The notes under the pieces were generated by a model, which saw nothing but the letters and a program-made list of their open reading frames with translations, was not told the origin of the DNA and searched no databases. The translations under genes and the position numbers were made by a program. A DNA stretch of 64,000 nt from an uncultured Acidobacteriota bacterium (lineage in GTDB: Bacteria > Acidobacteriota > JAQAZP01): NCBI GenBank assembly GCA_963836075.1, contig CAWIIB010000009.1, positions 2,080,001-2,144,000 of the forward strand, read 5' to 3'. This document shows positions 57,741 through 64,000 of this stretch, piece after piece (within the stretch, counting starts at the first letter, position 1; the number at the start of each line of letters is the position of its first letter).

Positions 57741-57889
57741 GGTATCCTCTCCTGGTGACGGGCCGAGGGGCGGGCACAAAACAGCAGCCTGCCGGCACAT
57801 CGGGGCCCGTGTAAAATCGTCCTCCCTATTAATATACCAGTTTACTGTCAACAAATCATCCCGAAAAGACAGCTTCGGAACGATTCCGG

Positions 57890-59512
<1,623 letters not shown>

Positions 59513-59546
59513 ATCCTGGTGCTCCTCCTCAGGTTTCCTGGTCAAC

Positions 59547-60305
59547 TCAATGTGTCCCGTCGGGTTTGCCGGCCCGCTGGCCTCCGGCCTCTTCCCAGAT
59601 CCACTGCCAGAGCGCTGACACCCTGCAGGTCGCCCTGGAGACGGAGACCGATGAGATGGCGAACGGGGTGGACCTGGCGTCGAAGGCGGCCCACGGCCCG
59701 GTTTCCCGGGTCCCGGCAGGCACGTGCGTGTGGAGATCCTTCCGGTAGCCGGCCGACAGTTTCAGACCCTGCCGGAGGTAGTCGGCCGGGTCGATCCGTC
59801 CCTCCAGCAGGTCACGCCGGGCCGGGCCGTCACGGCCGTCGATCACAAAGGGGATCAGGTGCAGCATCCGTTCGGTAAACAGCTGGAATCCCCGGTGGGA
59901 TGGTGCCGGCTTCCCGCCGCCGGCGAGAAACGGGTCTGCGGTTGCGGCGGCCAGCACGCCCACCCGGCCCAGCTGGCGGGCGGTCAGGGCGAAGGGCTGC
60001 TGTTCACGAATCATCCGCACCGCGGCCTCGCATTCGGCGACGATCAGTTCGGGCCTCAACGGTGGCCTTGAGGAGGGCAGGGTCGCCGTCGGCTGGTACA
60101 ACTCATCACGGTGGCCGGTGAGCACGATACGCAGCGACCGGGGCATGGTCCCCAGGGCCCGGGCCAGGATGGCCCGCTCGGTGGTGCCGGTCCAGGCGCC
60201 CGCCGGCGCCGCGGCGAAGGCAAGGAGCACCGGAACAAGCAGTGCCAGGAACCATGCCCGCACCGCGCGGTGCTTCAGATCAACTCTTTTCAGCGGCAGC
60301 ATCAT
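59547..60305 (-). CDS. Exported helical hypothetical protein
   Basis: Signal peptide ending AGA-W. Co-oriented with and adjacent to purH. Confidence 0.6.
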   Translation of the reverse strand: MMLPLKRVDLKHRAVRAWFLALLVPVLLAFAAAPAGAWTGTTERAILARALGTMPRSLRIVLTGHRDELYQPTATLPSSRPPLRPELIVAECEAAVRMIREQQPFALTARQLGRVGVLAAATADPFLAGGGKPAPSHRGFQLFTERMLHLIPFVIDGRDGPARRDLLEGRIDPADYLRQGLKLSAGYRKDLHTHVPAGTRETGPWAAFDARSTPFAISSVSVSRATCRVSALWQWIWEEAGGQRAGKPDGTH

Positions 60306-60498
60306 CAGTAATACCCGGTGGGAATTAGTGAAGTATGGAAGATATTGCATCACCCTGGGGATGTCAATGGACTGTCAGCCGAGCCATGAATCTGGCTAAA
60401 ACTGTCATACTCCACAGAATTTGTGGGAAGAGTGTGTTTTTTTCGTTCTTTTACCCGTGTACATCCGCAAAAGCTCTGAAATTAGGCAATTGATCAGG

Positions 60499-60528
60499 TT
60501 GACATACGCTCTTTTCATATGATATAGA
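60499..60528 (+). promoter_or_regulatory. Candidate sigma-70 promoter upstream of the cold-shock gene
   Basis: TTGACA-N18-TATAGA in an AT-rich intergenic region. Confidence 0.4.
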
Positions 60529-60829
60529 GATAACAATTCTGAAACTGGAATCCAAAAACACGGATGATAAAGGCGGATGTTTTAGAGTTCAGGCCGAAGT
60601 CATGACACCGCTTTTACAATTTGATCAGTTTTTGGTTCCATGGTAGTAGCAGTCTCGTGTACCCCCACGAGGAAATAAACAATAACAATAATTACTGTTT
60701 ATTCGAAGGGATTGTGCTGCCCCGGGATTGGCCGAGGAGTTCTGAAACGTCGGAAGCCCCGAATGCTGGCTCAGGATGCGGTATTCTACCTGTGGTCGGG
60801 GCTCCGAATACGGAGGCAGGGTTTTAGCC

Positions 60830-61039
60830 ATGAGAATGGTCGGCAAGGTGAAGTGGTTCAACAACAGCAAGGGGTGGGGGTTCATCGAGCGCAGCGGGGA
60901 AACCGATGTTTTCGTCCACTACTCCTCCATTGAGGAGGAAGGGTTCCGAACCCTCAAGGAGGGGGAGGACGTGGAGTTCGAGATCATCGATGGCCCGAAA
61001 GGCCCTCAGGCGGAAAGCGTACGCAAGCTCATGGATTGA
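60830..61039 (+). CDS. Cold-shock protein (CspA family)
   Basis: [22 protein letters not shown] and GPKGPQA motifs. Confidence 0.95.
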   Translation: MRMVGKVKWFNNSKGWGFIERSGETDVFVHYSSIEEEGFRTLKEGEDVEFEIIDGPKGPQAESVRKLMD

Positions 61040-61074
61040 ACCAGTTTGACGGAATAGCCTGATCGATTAGAATG

Positions 61075-61123
61075 ATCCCTGGCCTTGAGACCTCCATTGG
61101 TCTGGCCGGGGATTTTTCGTTTT
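61075..61123 (+). terminator. Intrinsic terminator after the cold-shock gene
   Basis: ATCCCTGGCC..AGACC/GGTCT.GGCCGGGGAT stem followed by TTTTCGTTTT. Confidence 0.6.
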
Positions 61124-61156
61124 GGAGGGCACGTTGTTTTTTGAAGGCAGGCGCCC

Positions 61157-62593
61157 ATGTCTGCCGGAAAGGATCGGCCACCGGTGGGGGGAAGCGAACT
61201 TCAACAGGTGCTCAAGGGCATACCGGCCGTGGACGTACTGCTGGGCCGGGAGGAGATCGGTCTGCTGGAGGTCGAATACGGCCGTCAACTGCTGCTGGAG
61301 GAACTGCGCGGATTTCTGTCCCGGCTGCGGGCTGAGGCCTCGGCCGGCAGCCTTGACGCCGCGGAGATCCACCGCCTGGTGGCCGGGACCGCCGTGGAGC
61401 TGCGCGGGCGCCTGGAGCGGCGGATGGCGTACTCCCTGCGGCGGGTGATCAACGCCACGGGGGTGATCGTCCACACCAACCTGGGGCGGGCCCCGCTCTC
61501 CCCGGCCACTGCCGCGCGGGTGGCCGAACTGGCCTCGGCGTACAACACCCTGGAATATGATCTGGCAAAAGGGAGCCGCGGAAGCCGCAACGACCACTTC
61601 TGCCGGATGCTGGCCGAGCTCACCGGGGCCGAGGCCGGAACCGTGGTCAACAACAACGCCGCTGCCGTCCTGCTGGCCCTGAACAGCCTGTCCGAGGGGC
61701 GGGAAACAGTGGTGTCGCGGGGCGAGTTGGTGGAGATCGGCGGCTCCTTCCGCATCCCTGATGTGTGCAGCAAGAGCGGGGCCGTGCTCCGCGAAGTCGG
61801 CACCACCAACCGGACTCACCTCCATGACTACCAGCGGGCCATCGGTCCCGACACCGGGCTGCTGCTCAAGGTCCACGGCAGCAACTACCGCATCGTCGGT
61901 TTCACCCGCGAGGTGCCGCTCGGCGAGCTGGTCCAGCTGGGCCGGGACCAGGGGCTGCCGGTGATGTACGACCTGGGCAGCGGTTCGCTGCTCGACCTGG
62001 CGGCCTGCGGAATTCCGGATGAGCCCACGGTGGCCTCAGCGCTGGCAGCCGGTGTTGACGTGGTGACTTTCAGCGGGGACAAACTGCTGGGCGGTCCCCA
62101 GGCCGGGCTCATCGTGGGGAAGAGGGAAGCCATCGAACAGCTGGATGCCAATCCCCTCAAGCGCGCCCTGCGGGTGGACAAGATGACCATCGCCGCCCTC
62201 GAGGTGACCTTCCACGACTATCTCACCGGCCGGGCGGAAGAGGCGGTGCCGGCGGTGCGGATGATCCGTATGGAGCCCGGCGCGATACGCCGCCGGGCCC
62301 GGCTGTTTGTCCGCCGGCTGCGGTCGGCGCCGGGTGATCCGGCGGCCGAGCTGGATGTGGTCCAGGGGTCGTCCCGCGTGGGGGGCGGCGCGGCACCGGA
62401 GAAGGACATCCCCACCTGGCTGGCTTCGGTCCGGCCGGTTTCCCAGTCCGCCGCAGCCCTGGAGCGCCGGCTGCGCCGGCAGAATCCACCGGTGGTGGCC
62501 CGGGTGCACGAGGACCGACTGTTCTTCGATTTCCGGACGGTTCTCCCCGGAGAAGACAAATTGCTGGCCACCATCGTGGCCGGGTTGATATAA
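61157..62593 (+). CDS. selA: L-seryl-tRNA(Sec) selenium transferase
   Basis: VINATGVIVHTNLGRA, VNNNAAAV, EIGGSFRIPD, EVGTTNRT and FSGDKLLGGPQAG motifs. Confidence 0.97.
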   Translation: MSAGKDRPPVGGSELQQVLKGIPAVDVLLGREEIGLLEVEYGRQLLLEELRGFLSRLRAEASAGSLDAAEIHRLVAGTAVELRGRLERRMAYSLRRVINATGVIVHTNLGRAPLSPATAARVAELASAYNTLEYDLAKGSRGSRNDHFCRMLAELTGAEAGTVVNNNAAAVLLALNSLSEGRETVVSRGELVEIGGSFRIPDVCSKSGAVLREVGTTNRTHLHDYQRAIGPDTGLLLKVHGSNYRIVGFTREVPLGELVQLGRDQGLPVMYDLGSGSLLDLAACGIPDEPTVASALAAGVDVVTFSGDKLLGGPQAGLIVGKREAIEQLDANPLKRALRVDKMTIAALEVTFHDYLTGRAEEAVPAVRMIRMEPGAIRRRARLFVRRLRSAPGDPAAELDVVQGSSRVGGGAAPEKDIPTWLASVRPVSQSAAALERRLRRQNPPVVARVHEDRLFFDFRTVLPGEDKLLATIVAGLI

Positions 62594-62603
62594 ACTGTGC
62601 CCC

Positions 62604-64000
62604 ATGGAAACGGTCCTCACACTGCTGAGCATACCGCTGCTCCTTTTCCTTCCCGGCTGGGCTCTGCTGCCCGGCAGGGCTGTGCCCGCGCTTCGCGCCA
62701 CGCTGGCCGAAACCGTGCTGTTCAGGGTGCTGGCCAGCTTTCTGGCGACCTCGTTCTGCGGGGTGTTGCTGGCCCAGCTCGGCTTCTTCTCCCTGCTCGA
62801 CCTGTCTCTCGCCGTGTCCCTCTGCACTCTGGTGATCCACTTTTTCGTTCGCCGTCCACCGCGGAGCGCTGCGCCGGAAGAGGCCGGCGCGGAGGATGGA
62901 GGCCGCGGTCCCGCGCGGCGGTTCCGTCCGTCCGACCTCTGGCTGCTGGTGCTGCTGGGGGTCTGTCTCTTTGCCTCATCCCGGTCCTTCGAACTGATTA
63001 CCGGCGGCGGGGACGCCGGCGTCTACGTCAACAGCGGCGTGCTGCTCGCCGACACCGGGGGCTTTGAACTGGCCGACGAGCTTTTCGACGGTCTGGGTGA
63101 TGTGGATCGCGGCCTGTTCACCCTGGTCTTCGAGGGCCGCCGTCAGCCGCTCCGGGGGCTGCAGGGGACGGAGCGCCGGCTGCTCAGCCTGATATACCGG
63201 GACCGTGCCGAGCGTTTCCGCGGCATGTTCCTCGAGCAGGGGGCCGAAGGCGGGGCCAGCCGGCCCCAGTTCCTGCCGCTGCTTCCGGTCTGGATGGCTG
63301 TTCTCCACTGCTGGGGCGGTCTTCGGGGGCTATTGCTGGTCAACGTCTTCTTCGGGCTGCTCTCCCTCTGCTCGATCCATTACTTCGGTGCCCGGATCTT
63401 TGGCGGCCGGCCCGCTGCGGGGATGGCGCTCTCCGGCCTGCTGGCCGTGAACGTGGTCCAGTTCTGGTTCATGCGCTACCCCTCCGCCGAAGTCCTGGTG
63501 CAGATGCTCTTCTTCTGCGGAGCCCACCTGGTTCTGGCCGGCGGGTCGGGATCCCGTCCGCTCCGCCGCCTCGTGCTGTGCGGGGGCGTGATGCTCGGGG
63601 CGGCCACCATGGCCAAGTTCTTCGGCATCTTCCTCCTGCTGCCCCTCGGCCTGGCCTGGTTCTTTTCCAGGGTGCGCGGAGGGTCCGGGGAGCGGCGGCG
63701 CTGGAACCTGATTCTGGCCGGCCTGGTTCCCGCCGCATTGTACGGTCTGGCCAGCGCGGCGCTCTTTTCCGCCGCCTACCTGCGAATCCACCTCTTCAAC
63801 CAGCAGTACTTCAAGTTCTACCTGCCGGCGGCGGGCCTGGTGGTTCTGGCCCTGCTGGCCCGCAAGCGGATCGGGGCGGGAATCGCCGCGCTCGATGCCG
63901 GCTCACGCGGGCGGCTGATCCGGCTTGCCGTTGTGGCCCTGCTGTTCGCCGCGGCGCTGTATGCCTATTTCATCCGGCCGCGGACCATCGAGGTCGCCGG
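62604..64000 (+). CDS. Polytopic membrane protein, probable GT-C glycosyltransferase (3' partial)
   Basis: Frame from ATG 62604 (METVLTLLSIPLLLFLPG...GGGDAGVY...) appears to run to the window end, which explains its absence from the ORF track. Confidence 0.7.
   Translation, partial: METVLTLLSIPLLLFLPGWALLPGRAVPALRATLAETVLFRVLASFLATSFCGVLLAQLGFFSLLDLSLAVSLCTLVIHFFVRRPPRSAAPEEAGAEDGGRGPARRFRPSDLWLLVLLGVCLFASSRSFELITGGGDAGVYVNSGVLLADTGGFELADELFDGLGDVDRGLFTLVFEGRRQPLRGLQGTERRLLSLIYRDRAERFRGMFLEQGAEGGASRPQFLPLLPVWMAVLHCWGGLRGLLLVNVFFGLLSLCSIHYFGARIFGGRPAAGMALSGLLAVNVVQFWFMRYPSAEVLVQMLFFCGAHLVLAGGSGSRPLRRLVLCGGVMLGAATMAKFFGIFLLLPLGLAWFFSRVRGGSGERRRWNLILAGLVPAALYGLASAALFSAAYLRIHLFNQQYFKFYLPAAGLVVLALLARKRIGAGIAALDAGSRGRLIRLAVVALLFAAALYAYFIRPRTIEVA

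Overview
GC-rich bacterial window. The HU sequence and gene content tentatively suggest Acidobacteriota. It carries housekeeping genes (class I lysS, purH, selA, HU, cold-shock protein, ABC-F) and many envelope genes (acyltransferases, glycosyltransferases, sulfatase-like proteins, FG-GAP and SH3 proteins). The standout is a RiPP-like biosynthetic locus at about 36.7-46.7 kb. It has three tandem paralogous 86-88 aa precursor peptides, each with a YxKPxI leader motif, an invariant FETSALACGKT and a Gly/Ser-rich core ending in CxNWxxxS. It also encodes an HprK-like kinase, a PqqD/RRE protein, a SPASM radical SAM enzyme, an S24/S26 peptidase, two B12-dependent radical SAM enzymes (one with a fused C-terminal RRE-like domain) and a SAM methyltransferase. 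Sigma-54-type promoters precede both the precursors and a neighbouring PDZ sensor kinase/NtrC operon. A second uncharacterised operon (membrane protein, coiled-coil protein, hypothetical protein, AAA ATPase, DUF6638-like protein) lies at 2.7-8.3 kb. Six apparent frameshifts in five genes suggest assembly indel errors. No tRNA, rRNA, CRISPR array or mobile element was recognised. All family calls come from motif recognition by eye, with no database searches.
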